From Schmidtea polychroa (Eukaryota), in the NCBI GenBank assembly GCA_044892525.1, contig CM097885.1:31436001-31500000 (forward strand): 64,000 nt of DNA. Reading direction: 5' to 3'. Below the pieces are notes generated by a model, which had not been told where the DNA came from, did no database searches, and worked only from the letters and a program-made list of their open reading frames with translations. Shown piece after piece: positions 1 through 12,800 of the stretch (the stretch's first letter is position 1; every line of letters begins with the position of its first letter). Made by a program: the position numbers and the translations under genes.

Positions 1-65
1 TAGACCCAACCAATGTCAACAAGACACAAATTCCCCGAGAACATAACAAAAAATGGAACAAAGTA

Positions 66-1025
66 ATGTTCCAACTAACTAATCTCACCCGAAATCACAT
101 CGAAGAAACTAGAGAAGATGAGAATAGTCAATACCAATGGTTAATACACAACTTAAGAGCGGAAGCAGAAGCATGCAAAAGAGCATCAAAATGGGCGTCA
201 CTAGAAAATACCCGCCAAGAAGCACACAGCCACTACTTAAAGCAGCTAGTGCAGGAAGCGAGAAAGAGACTTACCGATGAGAACACCAAGCGCGAAGCGG
301 AAAAACAAATAGAAGACAGGAAAATGATGCACTTAGTGGCAGAAGCGAGAAAATGGAAAAGACAAAACAGAGAAATGAAAAAAGAGATGAAAGAATTGCC
401 CATGAGACTCGGATATGAAAGCGAACAAGGTAAATGGGAGGAGAATTTAATAATAAAGGAAGAATTGAAAAGGTTGAGAAAGGTCGCCGCCCGAAGCCAA
501 ACCTGGCAAACAAAGGCTATGGAGTTTGAGCGACATTTGGCAATGAAGTGCGACATAAGAGAGCACGAGAATGCCGCAATGGAAGAGATGATAACCCAAC
601 AAGCGGGACGGGTTGTGGAATTAGTAAATCAGGTAGAAGAGATGAAAAGAGACCTTAATGGATTACAAGGATCGCTGGAACAAAGAAACATGGTCCTAGC
701 GGGAAAAAACAGAAAATTAGAAAACGAAAGGAAAATGTACACCGAAAATATTAAAAACTTAGAAATAGAAATTGAAAAATGGAAGGGCGACGAGAAAATC
801 AAGGCCCTAGACAAACAGATAGAGGCGAAAGACGAAGAGACAAGGTATCTCACCTATCTGCTCGACGAGGAATTGAACATCACTCGAGCTCTAAGAGACG
901 AAATTAATGAATTGAGAGCTCAAATCCCCCAATATTACCTACCATACGACCCTATTGCGATACAGTTACATTCCGCGGTCGATAGTGATGAAGGTTATGT
1001 AGGCCAGGAGGAAACCTTCGTATGA
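66..1025 (+). CDS. Coiled-coil accessory protein of the LTR retroelement (319 aa)
   Basis: Long E/K/R-rich heptad-like ORF, purine-skewed; no recognisable domain. Confidence 0.6.
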   Translation: MFQLTNLTRNHIEETREDENSQYQWLIHNLRAEAEACKRASKWASLENTRQEAHSHYLKQLVQEARKRLTDENTKREAEKQIEDRKMMHLVAEARKWKRQNREMKKEMKELPMRLGYESEQGKWEENLIIKEELKRLRKVAARSQTWQTKAMEFERHLAMKCDIREHENAAMEEMITQQAGRVVELVNQVEEMKRDLNGLQGSLEQRNMVLAGKNRKLENERKMYTENIKNLEIEIEKWKGDEKIKALDKQIEAKDEETRYLTYLLDEELNITRALRDEINELRAQIPQYYLPYDPIAIQLHSAVDSDEGYVGQEETFV

Positions 1026-1148
1026 GGGTGGATGAAAAGATGAAAAACTAAAAACCGGGACGTATATCCCAAACAAAAAAAAAAAAAAAATTAAAGTATT
1101 GTAAAAGTATTCAAGGGACTGTAACCCAAACTATTAAATTTTATATCA

Positions 1149-1883
1149 ATGTATACGTATAAGTCGCACTATAGCGCACCATTAACTGTACATATTATAG
1201 ATATGAAAATCGAGGAAATGATAGAAATTATGAGCGACGTAGAAGAGGGAGAGATTGAGACAGAAACAACAGAAACACAAACGCTAAAGGCCGAGTTACG
1301 GGAAGAGAAATACGAAAACGGGAGATTAATAAACAAATACCTGGAGGACCGGAAAATGATAAAGGTGTTAAAGAAAGAGTGCGAAACGTTGGGGGAAATA
1401 AAAAGAGAAACGGAAGAGGAAAATGAATGGCTACACGAACAAAGGAAGCGAGGGAAAAACTGGGAAAAGATAGCGGAAGAACTATGGAAAGAGAGGGCAA
1501 GCTTCAAAGCAAAGGAGGTAATCCAAGACTACTGGAAAACTGAGGCGAAGGAGCGCCAAACAGCTATAAATAAATTAAAACGACAACTAGAAGAAAACCA
1601 ACGGGAAAGTAAAGAAATGAGGAAGTGGGTCCGCAAATATAGAGAAATAGAAAGAAAACATCAAGAAAACGAACAAGATCTCCTACAAATCGAGCTAAAA
1701 AGAAACCTTGAAAAGAAAAGGGAAGAAATTAGACGCTTGGAAAAAGAAATTAGACATCTAAAGAGAGAAGCCCGTGAAAAAGACCGACAATTGGAAATGC
1801 TGCCCGAGTTAAGACACAGGGTAATTAAAGCAGAGTCCACCTTGATGAGAATCGGCGAAAATAATCCAAATCAGAACCATTAA
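1149..1883 (+). CDS. Second coiled-coil accessory protein (true start may be ATG 1203 after a TTATAG acceptor)
   Basis: 244-aa E/K/R-rich ORF with the same composition as the upstream ORF. Confidence 0.55.
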   Translation: MYTYKSHYSAPLTVHIIDMKIEEMIEIMSDVEEGEIETETTETQTLKAELREEKYENGRLINKYLEDRKMIKVLKKECETLGEIKRETEEENEWLHEQRKRGKNWEKIAEELWKERASFKAKEVIQDYWKTEAKERQTAINKLKRQLEENQRESKEMRKWVRKYREIERKHQENEQDLLQIELKRNLEKKREEIRRLEKEIRHLKREAREKDRQLEMLPELRHRVIKAESTLMRIGENNPNQNH

Positions 1884-1923
1884 ATTAAGGGTCATTAAAA
1901 CCAATTGTAAATAAACATAATGA

Positions 1924-2592
1924 ATGTATAATAGTATCATGCGAGGCGAGATAATGATAACAATGATGGTATTGATGATTCTGATGGAGAGCAAACAAAT
2001 AGACGCCCAACCGAAAATCGTACGAGATTACCGAAATCAAAATCAAGAACCTAAACAAGAATCCAGTCAATGCACATACCCGATGACCGTAAAAACCCAT
2101 ATCATCCAAACCATTCAATCAACCCGATCACACATCAACAACATCCAAACAATGTGTAAAAAGAATCCCATTTGTAAAATGATAAACAAACAAATCCTCG
2201 AACAAATTCAACAATTCGACCAGTTGGAACAACAAATGCAACAAGAGAATTTTGGAAATCTGGTAGAAAAGCCAAAAATACCTCCCGAAATCAATGACAC
2301 CCATTATCTCATATACGTGGTGATCGCAGAGACCCTCCTCCTATGTCTACCAATATTCATGAAAATTTACGAAGTTCGAAATAGATGTAGAATCTCGGCA
2401 TCGGTGGGAGTAACCTCGAACCAAAATCCTCAAGAAGTGCCCCTGACAAATCTTAACCCAACCCCATTCCGACCTCGAACCCCGAGTAATCAACCAATCC
2501 AGCCGAAATCTAATAGTCAGACCTATCTCAACATCAATACCCAAACCAACCAACAGCCGCCGGCAGAAGCATCAATGGTTAACAGTTCATAA
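1924..2592 (+). CDS. Putative type I membrane accessory protein (signal-like N-terminus, one TM helix, Pro/Gln/Asn-rich tail)
   Basis: Hydrophobic IMITMMVLMILM, TM-like YLIYVVIAETLLLCLPIFM, three ectodomain Cys; AATAAA near 2699. Confidence 0.55.
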   Translation: MYNSIMRGEIMITMMVLMILMESKQIDAQPKIVRDYRNQNQEPKQESSQCTYPMTVKTHIIQTIQSTRSHINNIQTMCKKNPICKMINKQILEQIQQFDQLEQQMQQENFGNLVEKPKIPPEINDTHYLIYVVIAETLLLCLPIFMKIYEVRNRCRISASVGVTSNQNPQEVPLTNLNPTPFRPRTPSNQPIQPKSNSQTYLNINTQTNQQPPAEASMVNSS

Positions 2593-2817
2593 ACTCTAAC
2601 TCAAACATTTGTGTTATTATATGTGGAAACTTTTATTGTATGTACAAACTATCACCTTAAGTGATACTTGCTTGATCTTGCTTTGACCTTGATCTTACAA
2701 TAAAATTTTTATCATTGTTGTATAATTTTCGTGTTCGTGTTATATTTTTTTTTGAATGAATGAATTAAGTTAATTATGCAATTGCGGGACGCAATTTTGA
2801 TGGGTCCCCGAGTGATT

Positions 2818-5800
2818 TGTTGGGCTGAGTCGAAAATTTAATCGTTGAAAAATAAGAAAATAGAGAAGTAGAACATTAAGAAAAATAAAAATAAAATAAA
2901 TAAAATCAGAAATAAAATAGAATAAGATATAAGGAAAATAATAATTAAGACATAAGAATTAAAACAAAAAATAAAATTAAGAAAAGATTAAAATAGAACA
3001 AGTTGACAAATAAATAAAGAGGAATTCAAGAAATAATAAGAAAATTAAGGAAATAAATAGAAAAACATATTAAAAATAAAGAAAATAAGGAAAAAACAAC
3101 CTAAAAACAAGAAAATTATATTAAATTAATAGAAATAAGCGGTACTCAACTCTGATTGGTCCGCACAAATAAGAATTTGATATATATACAACTACCAAAA
3201 ACATTAAATTTACTGTTAACCCCGAGCATTTCATAGGTAAGAAAGAATGTTTACTGTTGTTACTGTTAACCCCGAGCATTTCATAGGATCGACACTACTA
3301 GCCAAGCAACCGTCATTCAGAAAACTCCACATCTATTCAAAACCAGTTCAGAGACCGAAATACCATTCATCACAATAATCGACATCCAACGGACCACCAT
3401 TGGAACTATTTGGAACGAACAACATTGAATTTTGACTCAGCCTAACAATAGTAAGGGGTATTTCATTTGTTTATAGATTTATTTAAGTATTTGCAAAGCT
3501 AATAGTAATGTTAAATATTAACGATTAAATATTTCAGTTAACTCTCTTCATTTGATTCTCCATTTTAATAACTTTAACGTATTGATGGAATTTGTATTAT
3601 TTAAGTATTTCAGAATTAATAAAATATTTTTATCCAGATGTCCGTATTTTATTTGAATTAAAGATTTTATGAATTTTCATTTAACGAGTAACGTGGAGTT
3701 GAGATACTCCATGTCATGGTATGAGGTGCCTTCGGGAGCTCAGCCGGTGGACATGGAGTATTTCAATCACGCAGCTAGATTGGGCCGAAATGTGAAGGCT
3801 TCTTCACGGGTCCTATCGCTGAAGATGCGACTAAATTATCACAATGGGTTATGGTTAAAAGAATCGCGGGTAGACAATGATTTCACAAAGATAGTCGTAC
3901 GAATGAAGGGATTTTCAAGGATTTGCACAGTGATTGAGGGCGTCGCATCCTTTTTCTTTCGTCAAGTCGTTTTCGTAAATCTTACCCCTATTGAAAAATG
4001 AGATCCAGACAACGATTTAGTGAACTTCGTCAAAAATAACGACATCTCATAGTACGCTTCATCTGGAAACATGGTTTCATCAATTTAATTGCGACAACGT
4101 CTATTTGCCGGACTCAGTAGAACTGATTTCGTATGAAATTCCGTAATCATAGACCCGATGTCATCTAGCCTGCCCAGATAGCATGTCAGGTTACGAAAGT
4201 ATTCTAAAAACTTTAACTGACTCGAAACTATAAAATACGAGATTCTACGAAAACCCCGCTAATATTATAATCAGAAAGTTTTTATAGACTTAGTTATTTC
4301 AAAAATTATAAACAGGTAAAATATCACCAAATTTAATTAATAACATTTATTTCTCCAATAAGAGCCAGGTCATCACTGTATATATCCAAATTATTGAACC
4401 TGAGAGAAAATTTTCGAATGGCTAAGGACAGGTTTCATCGAGACGGCATTACATCTGAATAGGAAAACCCGAGTAGAATGACGTGAGTAGTAATAAGCTT
4501 CAGTATTTGGTAGAATTATTCCCTCGACGACCACTGAAAAGACCCAATAAATTTCCAAACGATGGTGATCATTCACACAAGTTGATAAGGGTAAAATTCC
4601 GCGATGAGAACTGACGGCAGCATAAATCATGATTCAAATAAATCACTGTGCAGAGAAAATCATATGACAGCAGGATCGATAAAATCACCGTGAGAATGGC
4701 ATACACCAAGTGAGTGAGATAAGATAGTAGCCATACACGAATCCATGTGGTGAGAGCACAGAATATCAGACTAGCATACATAGTAGTCGCGACACGTGAC
4801 AGTCACAATAGGTCGATAATGTAATCAACCAGTCGACAGCAGTATCCGCAAATTTGAACATGTGTTATGACCGATGAGATCTCCCATTAGAGTGTTAAAG
4901 TAACGGCTGATGTAAACTCATCACATATTCTCAGACAAACGGTAGACAACATAGATAATCACATTCACTACCGAATTAAAAGTGCACTTCCAATAACAAA
5001 TTTCGAATCCAAAATATGTTGAGAATAGCGATAGTAATTTGTTTTTAATAAATTTAAATAGATAATTTATAGCAAGGTTTAGTCGCATACTATAATGTCC
5101 CTCTACTCAAGCGTTATTATATTATTTCACCAATATTATATTTACACCCTATTAATTATTACGCCCCTCATGTATACCGTTAGATCAATAGAGAGTCACA
5201 GTTAATAGCATGCGTCAAACCGATGGCATTTGGTTAAATAAACTGTTTCAACAAATAAGATCCGTGGTAAAACCGGATTGTAGAATGAGTTTTCCTTTTT
5301 TTTTCGTCGGTCAAGCATTCACGAATGGCCGTAGGTCGTATCTAATTTATTCTAAAATCGTATGTTCCACATTTCATTAGTATTATTTATAGCAAGCATG
5401 CTACCAACCCCTAAATCAGCATTACGGCCGTGCTTCTCGTGCGCGGATAAAAATACGGTGATAAAGGACCTACAAACTCAGATTGGACGTTACAAGAGGA
5501 AGATAGACGAGCTGGAAGGGACATGGTTTAGTCCCGCTCGGATGAAAGAGATCCAAAAGAAGCTCGATCGTAGCGAGCATTGCCGGGACGCGCTAATATC
5601 TGAGAGCCGTGCCCAAAGAAGTCTAATCAGAGAACAATCCGAGGCATTGCATAAGGTTTACGTGCAGGCGGCTACAACCCGAAAAATAGTGCAGATTCCC
5701 ATCCGAGAGGCCGATGACATCTTTCCGCCTCATCACAACCTTTCCTCGAATCCATCTCCACCGTTCAAGAGACCGTGCCGAGACTGCGTCGAAACCGAAT

Positions 5801-6685
5801 TGTCCCCCAAGCGACCAGATGTAGTCATCACGGGTACCAGTAAGCCTCCCACTGCTAGTCCATCCGTATCAGTCACCCTTCTGCAAGTGGCATCTTCAAG
5901 CAAACCCAAGCGAAAACAACTCTCTCGTGCAGAGCGCAAGAAGAGACAGCGCGAGCGCGCTACTACAAAGCCAAACATCCCATCAATAGAGGACTCAACC
6001 AACGGTGGCAACTCTCACGTGTCCATCGACCTAACAACGGGACCCTCGGCACGAATCATATCAGCCGCTGGCGTAGTGTGGGAAGAGAACGCTTCCGAGT
6101 TTTTCAACCTCGACGAACTATTCGCCGACACTGAATGGGAGAAACAATAAAACCCCAGTGGCGGTCAGGATGAAGAACAAAGATCCGATCTATGTTGATT
6201 ATGATGTTTTTCTCTTCTTTCGACAAACATTAGTAAAGTGTACAGCTGAATCCTTGTGTCATAACGTTGAAATTAATAAATCTTGTTGTCTTACACGTTT
6301 TCGTTCATGAATAATTAGACTTTAATTAAGTGGGTTGAGTAGAGAACCCGCAAGATCTAGTGAGTAATTCCCAATTTGCGTTCAGCGAATCCCGATAAGC
6401 GGTTGTGTAAGGAAATGGACGTAAGCCCTTCTATCGGCAGTCGTGAATGGGAAGTCGAGGCCTCAGCAAGGAGTAGTTTTAAGGCAGAAGCTCACCTGCT
6501 TGCTGGCGTCTCGCCTGCATAGTGCAGTACCAACGTGAAGTGATTCACGGGCACTATGTTGGAAGAAAGTTATGTGGGGTTTCACTCCAGGTTGACAAAT
6601 CGGTGGCACCTTTTATTCGAGATGGACAATCAACCCTTAGACCCGTCAACATGGCAGAGTGGTCAGCCGAGGTGTAACCCCAACA
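2818..6685 (+). repeat. Very long LTR (~3.87 kb)
   Basis: Inverted termini TGTTGGG (2818) and CCCAACA (6685); ATTGG (CCAAT box) ~3156 and TATATATA ~3180 inside. Confidence 0.6.
5362..6150 (+). CDS. ORF inside the LTR: CxxC plus coiled coil, basic NLS-like patch, acidic C-terminus (likely start ATG 5398)
   Basis: 262-aa ORF with PCFSC, PCRDC, KPKRKQLSRAERKKRQR and FFNLDELFADTEW; GC-richer than flanks. Confidence 0.55.
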   Translation: MFHISLVLFIASMLPTPKSALRPCFSCADKNTVIKDLQTQIGRYKRKIDELEGTWFSPARMKEIQKKLDRSEHCRDALISESRAQRSLIREQSEALHKVYVQAATTRKIVQIPIREADDIFPPHHNLSSNPSPPFKRPCRDCVETELSPKRPDVVITGTSKPPTASPSVSVTLLQVASSSKPKRKQLSRAERKKRQRERATTKPNIPSIEDSTNGGNSHVSIDLTTGPSARIISAAGVVWEENASEFFNLDELFADTEWEKQ

Positions 6686-7059
6686 CAACTCTAAAAATTA
6701 CCAATGAATTTAATGCTAAATAATAACCAAAAATTTGCCTAAATAAAATCATTAAAACACACCAGTACCTTTACGATCAGTACCCTTACGAGCAGTACCA
6801 ATTGTGAACAGTACCCCCAATAAATTAGTCGCTCGAAATAAGAATTCGGTAAGTTACATTCAAAATATTCAAATTATTCACGAATTTCTGATATCTATGA
6901 TCATCCATTTCTAACTAAATTACCTAAGAATTTTTAACTAATATACAATGCCTTAATTAATATACCCTTGCGAGTTGTTGAGCGTGAGCAGTACCCTTAC
7001 AACAAATACCCATAGGGGAACAGAATATTTTGTCGGGTAAACTCGGAGTATATATATTA

Positions 7060-7075
7060 ATACTAATACTAATAC

Positions 7076-7170
<95 letters not shown>
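7060..7170. repeat. (AAT)n microsatellite
   Basis: Seen directly. Confidence 0.95.
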
Positions 7171-7284
7171 TCTTTAGAAATAATAATGTTAATAAGATAT
7201 ATGGCTCATTCGAAATTTTTAAATTGGTTGAATTGGGCTTTAAAATGAACCATCATTGAATAATTTTCGTTGGCGGGAACTCTG

Positions 7285-7786
7285 TCAAAAATTTGACCTT
7301 GAAAAAAATAATATTTTTAAAAATAATAATAAAATAGTCAAATGACCTTGAAAATGGTCTTGGGAAAATGTTAATAACTTTGCCAATATTAATGATGGTG
7401 ATGACCACTATAGCTCATTCGAAAGGTCTTGCACCAAGCTTCAAAATAAGCTATCGATCGATGAAATAAATTGACGGGAACGATAACTTTTGGCATGCCA
7501 AATAGTAGGGCGCCATTGGCACACTTAATAATATTTTTGAAAAAATAATAATAAAATAATAATATTTTTAAAAAATAATAATATGACCTTGATGAGTCAT
7601 CGCGATGAGTCATATGACCTTGGGAGTGATCTTGGATGAGTTATACATCCTTGAAATGACCTTGATGAGTCAAATGTCTTTGTTTAAAAGTTGACCTTGA
7701 ATAAAGTTTTTTCATTTTTCCTGCCGGGGGAGCGAGGGGGTGCTAGCGGTGCCCTGTGCCAGCGGTGCCCAATCCATCTACTACCT
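7285..7786. mobile_element. Possible terminal fragment of another Polinton-type or DNA element
   Basis: Six TGACCTTG motifs, then a G-rich stretch ending in CTACTACCT. Confidence 0.3.
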
Positions 7787-8439
7787 AAATTACATACATA
7801 TACTCAAATTATAAAAGTATAATTTACATTTTTTCATAAATACCCCCCCCATAATAGTTGAAACCAATGTTCATAATAAGACTAAATTATATGTATATAT
7901 TAAACTGATAAAGGTGTAACTTACATTATTTTATATAACCTCCCCCAGATTATATAATGATAAGCAACAACATTATAGTTAGTAGTATAACATATAGATA
8001 TACCAAACCCCTTTAAACATAAACCTTCCTTGTATCAGTTATTATCATTAATTAAGTTTGATCATGATTAACTAACGAACCTTATCATATCCTTAATTAT
8101 CAAATTGATTCCCTTATATCAAAATTTGCCCTCATTATCATTAAACTACCGTACCACCATTACCATTATTGCTACCACTATAAATATGTTACCGGGATTA
8201 TTAAAATTCTTATGCGATTAATATTATCATGTGCATTTTCATTATTGTTATAATTATTATCATTATTAATACTGTTATCATTACTGTTATTACACAAAAA
8301 AACATCAAATTTTATTTTACTAAGTCGAACTGGCCATAAGGCCTAAGGGGAAAAATTCTCGCGCTTCTGTAGACTATAGCTTTTATCCTTAATAAACTGT
8401 GAACGCTAGAGCAATGCTCCTTGCGTTAAACTTTGTGAC

Positions 8440-9158
8440 ACATTGGGTTAAATTTTTGAAATAAAGTAAATTATAGCCTCAGATATTTCAATTAAAGTTA
8501 ATTAGGGTCCAAATTTTAAAATAAAAGTAAATTAAGGTCTAAATTTTTTAATTAAAGTAATCAATGGGTTAAAATAGGTAAATTATAGTCCAAATTTTTG
8601 AATTAAAGTAAATTAAGGTGTAAATCTATTAATTAAAGTATTTAATGGGTTCAAAAAAGTAAATTAAGGTTCAAATCTTTTTATTAAAGTATTTAAAATC
8701 TCAGGACCAAGGAGACCCACCTTAATTGTATTTGGAAATATTCATGCTTTTTTAGTGTAGACTGATATTTGTATTGAAAATCCCAGGACCAAGGAGACCC
8801 ACCCAAATAATACCCTTTTTAGTGATAGTTGGATTTTGTATTGAAAATCACAGAACCATTGAGACCTCCTCACTATAGTCAGAAAAATCTTGGCCTTTTT
8901 CTGTATGACCTTTTTATTGTAATGAAAATCCCAGAAAAAATATGAGTAGCTTCTTGCAACAATTATTAACAAAAAGAAAATGTATTGAAAATTTTATTTC
9001 GTATTGAAAATCCTAGAAAAAATATGAGTAGCTTCTTGCAACAATAACATAATCAAAAGAGCAAAAAAAACGAGTTGCAACAAAAAAAGTTGCTGCAACC
9101 CCTCCCTCCTCCCGGGGGGGGGGGGTGTAATTGTTGCAGGGGCTACTAACTACCTACT
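8440..9158 (+). mobile_element. Solitary right-end TIR of a related Polinton family
   Basis: Same AATTAAAGTAAATT 29-bp-type units, GTATTGAAAATCCCAGGACCA and CTCACTATAG units, C/G hairpin and CTACCTACT terminus as 49400-50944. Confidence 0.85.
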
Positions 9159-9159
9159 A

Positions 9160-9291
<132 letters not shown>

Positions 9292-9632
9292 TTTTAGTTA
9301 ATTTAAGTCGGTAATTTCTGACTACTCGTGTCCTTTAAATCGAAATAATAACTACCCAACGTATATTGGAATAACAAAATTTACAATCTTTTCTCAAAAC
9401 TTTACAATCAATAATCAAAGTTACGTTTGACCGATTCTCAGCACGGCGTTGATGCTTTGGCAAAAGATAATATTCACCTTTTATTTCTTTAGATTCTCTT
9501 GACCCACGCTTTCCTCTTTTTCTGTTTCAATTTGATTCTTTTCACCTTTCCTTATTCCTATTCTATATCTTCTTTCCCTAATCTCCTTAATTCGTTTTTA
9601 TCTCTCGACTATTCTCGATTCTTCTTACCCTA

Positions 9633-10450
9633 TGTTGGGCTAGAACTGATTTCTAAACCCAAAGTTAGGAATGGAACGAAATGTGTCAGTACACAACACG
9701 CATACCCAGCATTAAGTTTACTTAAATAAAAATATATAAAAAGTAAACAATGATAATAGAGAGATAAAATACCCAAAAATAAAACAACTGAATTAAAAAT
9801 AAAATAAAACACGAAAACTTACTCAAATATAACCGAAAGACATAAAACAACAAAAACAAATTCGAATAAAGGCGATTAGTAAAAATTAAAAAAAAGAAAA
9901 TTAAAGAAAATCTCCATAAAATCTTACGTATAGAAAATTATATCAAAATTTTGAATAAAAATCCAGAACAATTCATAAAATTGGCGAAATCCATCATGAC
10001 CGCCAAACGACCCAATAAAATTTATAAAAAATAAATATTTTAGTTTAAAAAATAAAAATTTTAGAAAAGAAATTATAAAAAACAATTTAAAAATAAGAAA
10101 TAAATTAAATTTAGCATGGAATGTTCTGGAAATGCTGAAATCCATCATAGAGGCAAATTTAATAAAAAATATTTCAAAAATAAAATTTCAAAAATAAAAA
10201 CAAAATTCTTACTGAAAAATCGCCATCAAAATCAATAAAAATTAAAAATCGAATGTTCGCGAATTAAAATAATCCGAATTTGTTTTACTGCATCAATGCA
10301 CGCATGTATACTTACACGTCAAACAGAGGTTATATAAACTAACACATTTCGTCAATTTGAAAAAGGCTTACACTTATGCCAAAATTTAAATGCTTACTCT
10401 TATGCCAAATTTTTGGTTTTGATTTTTCTGAGATTGTAAGTAAGAACGAT
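9633..10450 (+). repeat. LTR-like fragment, family A, copy 1 (3' limit approximate)
   Basis: Starts TGTTGGGCTAGAACTGATTTCTA; colinear diverged copy starts at 27951. Confidence 0.65.
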
Positions 10451-11555
10451 TTCATTGTGAATTATAAATTATTATTATTGAAACCTTGTTTTCATTATTT
10501 CTATTTAGAGGTGTAGGTTTGAGTGAGATCGTCGGTTATCAATGATTTTGAAGCGAGATCCCAGCCAACCCTGCACCTATGCACTTTATCATTGATGGGT
10601 ACACAGCCCACAATGATTGCAGGCCACTGCCTGGCACGCACTTATCAATATTATTGGGTTTTCTTTGTTAAGGTCATTCGGAGGTCGCACCACTTCATGG
10701 TTCTGCCATGGAGTTAAGTCGATAAGATCCCTCCGTCTGACTCTACCTATCTATTATCGGTCAGCAATAAGAATGTTGACTCAACACAACAGTAAGGCTT
10801 GTAGTAGTGGTCACAGTGGAGCCGCGTAAGCAAGCAGTCTTCCCGACTTTCAATACATGAATAACTTACATAGTTAAAATCTACATCCAAAATCATCACA
10901 ATACAATACACTAAGATTAATAAACGGAGTAGATCTCAGACCTAAATTAACCACAACTCTACAATTCACAATTAATGTAGACGGTAAAATATCGTCAAGA
11001 ACCAACTCTACTTATACGTTTGTCGAATTTAGATTTATAAATGTCCTAAATAAATTTTCTAGTAATATTGTATTGTAAAGATTTTCTTAAAATGATTGAA
11101 TTAACAGTGATAGTATTCATAAAGGTATTCGACATACGTATCAGTAAGACTTAAATTATAAGTTGAATAGGCCATTGAATTAACTATATGAAGTATAAAT
11201 CTGATTTCATAAAAATATAATTTATAAGTAGTATGAAAGTATAGATCATAAATTTAACTCTCTAAAAATATAAATCGTGAACCTATACTGATATAAATTA
11301 CAACTTTAAAATAGTTATATGTAAATTATAAACTTATACTGGTCATAAAGATATCAATCCTAAATCCAAAATAGTTATATATAAATTATAAACTTATCCT
11401 GATAATAAAAATACAAACTATAAATCTGAAAAAGTATATATATTGTTCCATACTGATATATACAGAATAACTATAATCTAAACTTACATACATATGTAAA
11501 TTTTCATTTGTTGAGGATACCTAAATAACAATTTTTAAAGAAATAGATAAAATTG

Positions 11556-12522
11556 CCTGGGGGAAGATCGCCATGACAAACGGGACGATCTATAGAAACT
11601 CAGAAAAGAAAACGGAAGTGAAAAGAAATTAAAAATGAGAAAGAGAAAGGATATAAAAGTTATCAAACAGGAAAATAAAAATCAATGTCAGTACTAATTA
11701 ATTAGTACAGAAAGGAAAAGGAACTTTAAAATCGGGGGAAAAGGAAAACAACAATATTCTTATCTCGACAGCTTGCGAGTGATAATAGAATTTATGGGAG
11801 AAGGCGGTCAAACAAAAAAGAGAAAACAACTTGACAGCTGTCAGAGATAAAAATGGGACAGTCGGGAAAAGCAGGAGAAGAAAATGGTAAAACACTTGAT
11901 TATCTGGAGTGCCACAAGAGAAGCGAATATAAGGGAAAACTGGTGAACATGAAATGACAACAAGGAGAGAAGAAAAATTAGAGACAAAGTGACGCGAAAT
12001 TGAAAACGATTTGGAAGACGATTTGAAAGACAATTTGAGATAAGATTTGAGAGACGATTTGAGAGATAAAAATATTGGAGAAAATTAGACGTTGGACGAA
12101 ACGTTGTTGGACAAACGATTGTCAAAAATAATTGTAAAGGAAATAATTGTGGAAAATAATTATTGGAGAAGAGTTGAAGAAAAGAATTTGTTGAATAATA
12201 AAACGAAAATAAGTTATTGACTATTTGAATAAAGTTTGGAAGAAAGTCAAAGAAAACAACCAGCTCAAAATCCCAGTTTAGAAACCAATCAGTAATTTGT
12301 GATTTTTTAATCCGGTGTTATACAAAAGTGCTATTCCTCACCGAGTGCTGCAATAAGCATTGTATAGTCACCGAGCAGAGGTTGAATTTATTGTCACTGT
12401 AAAGAGAAAGTTTATTTGTGATTATAAAGATTTCTGTTGTCAAGTGTTATTTGTGAATCGTATAAAGACACGCTTGGAGTCAGAGTAACATTTAAAATTA
12501 TCACCAACTCAATAACCCAACA
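11556..12522 (-). repeat. LTR (~950 bp) plus PBS-like sequence, family B, copy 1
   Basis: Reverse complement of 30127-31121; TGTTGGG...TGTCA followed by TGGCGATCTTCCCCCAGG. Confidence 0.75.
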
Positions 12523-12599
12523 CATATAAAATGTTTGAATTAAGATTACATTTACCAATTAGAGCCATAAAACTGTATTTGAATCATCTAATGGTCCTT

Positions 12600-12800
12600 G
12601 ATCATACTGGTCCTTGCCATATACCAGAATATCATCTAAATAAACAATTGCTTCATTAAACAATTAACCCTCTAAAATCGTGTGCATTAATCGCTGAAAC
12701 GTTGCTGGAGCTGTTTATAATCCAAATGGAAGTCGATTGAAACAAAATTGACCTTCTTTGGAACTAAAAGCCGTTTTTTCTTGTGCTTCTTCTTGGAGAT
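12600..12800 (-). pseudogene. Gypsy reverse transcriptase fragment
   Basis: Manual translation EKTAF...RLPFGL*TAPATFQRLM...VYLDDIL with stops. Confidence 0.85.

Larger units (their letters stand above)
1..6685 (+). mobile_element. 3' portion of a giant LTR (gypsy-like) retroelement: accessory ORF block followed by the 3' LTR
   Basis: Three same-strand ORFs (66-2592), then a short hairpin ATTGCGGGACGCAAT and GGGTCCCCGAGTGAT directly before a TGTTGGG...CCCAACA-bounded segment; gag/pol not in window. Confidence 0.65.

Noticed and set aside
233..1507. Minus-strand Phe/Ser/Leu-rich ORFs
   Set aside because: Antisense shadows of purine-rich coiled-coil ORFs
7030..7248. Poly-Ile ORF, and the IY-repeat ORF at 26133-26324
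   Set aside because: Microsatellite translations
11698..12125. ORFs shared with 30719-30979
   Set aside because: Lie inside LTR copies and frames are not preserved between the copies
9633..12522. Single solo LTR bounded by TGTTGGG...CCCAACA
   Set aside because: No matching TSD, and the two ends belong to different families that occur separately at 27951 and 30127
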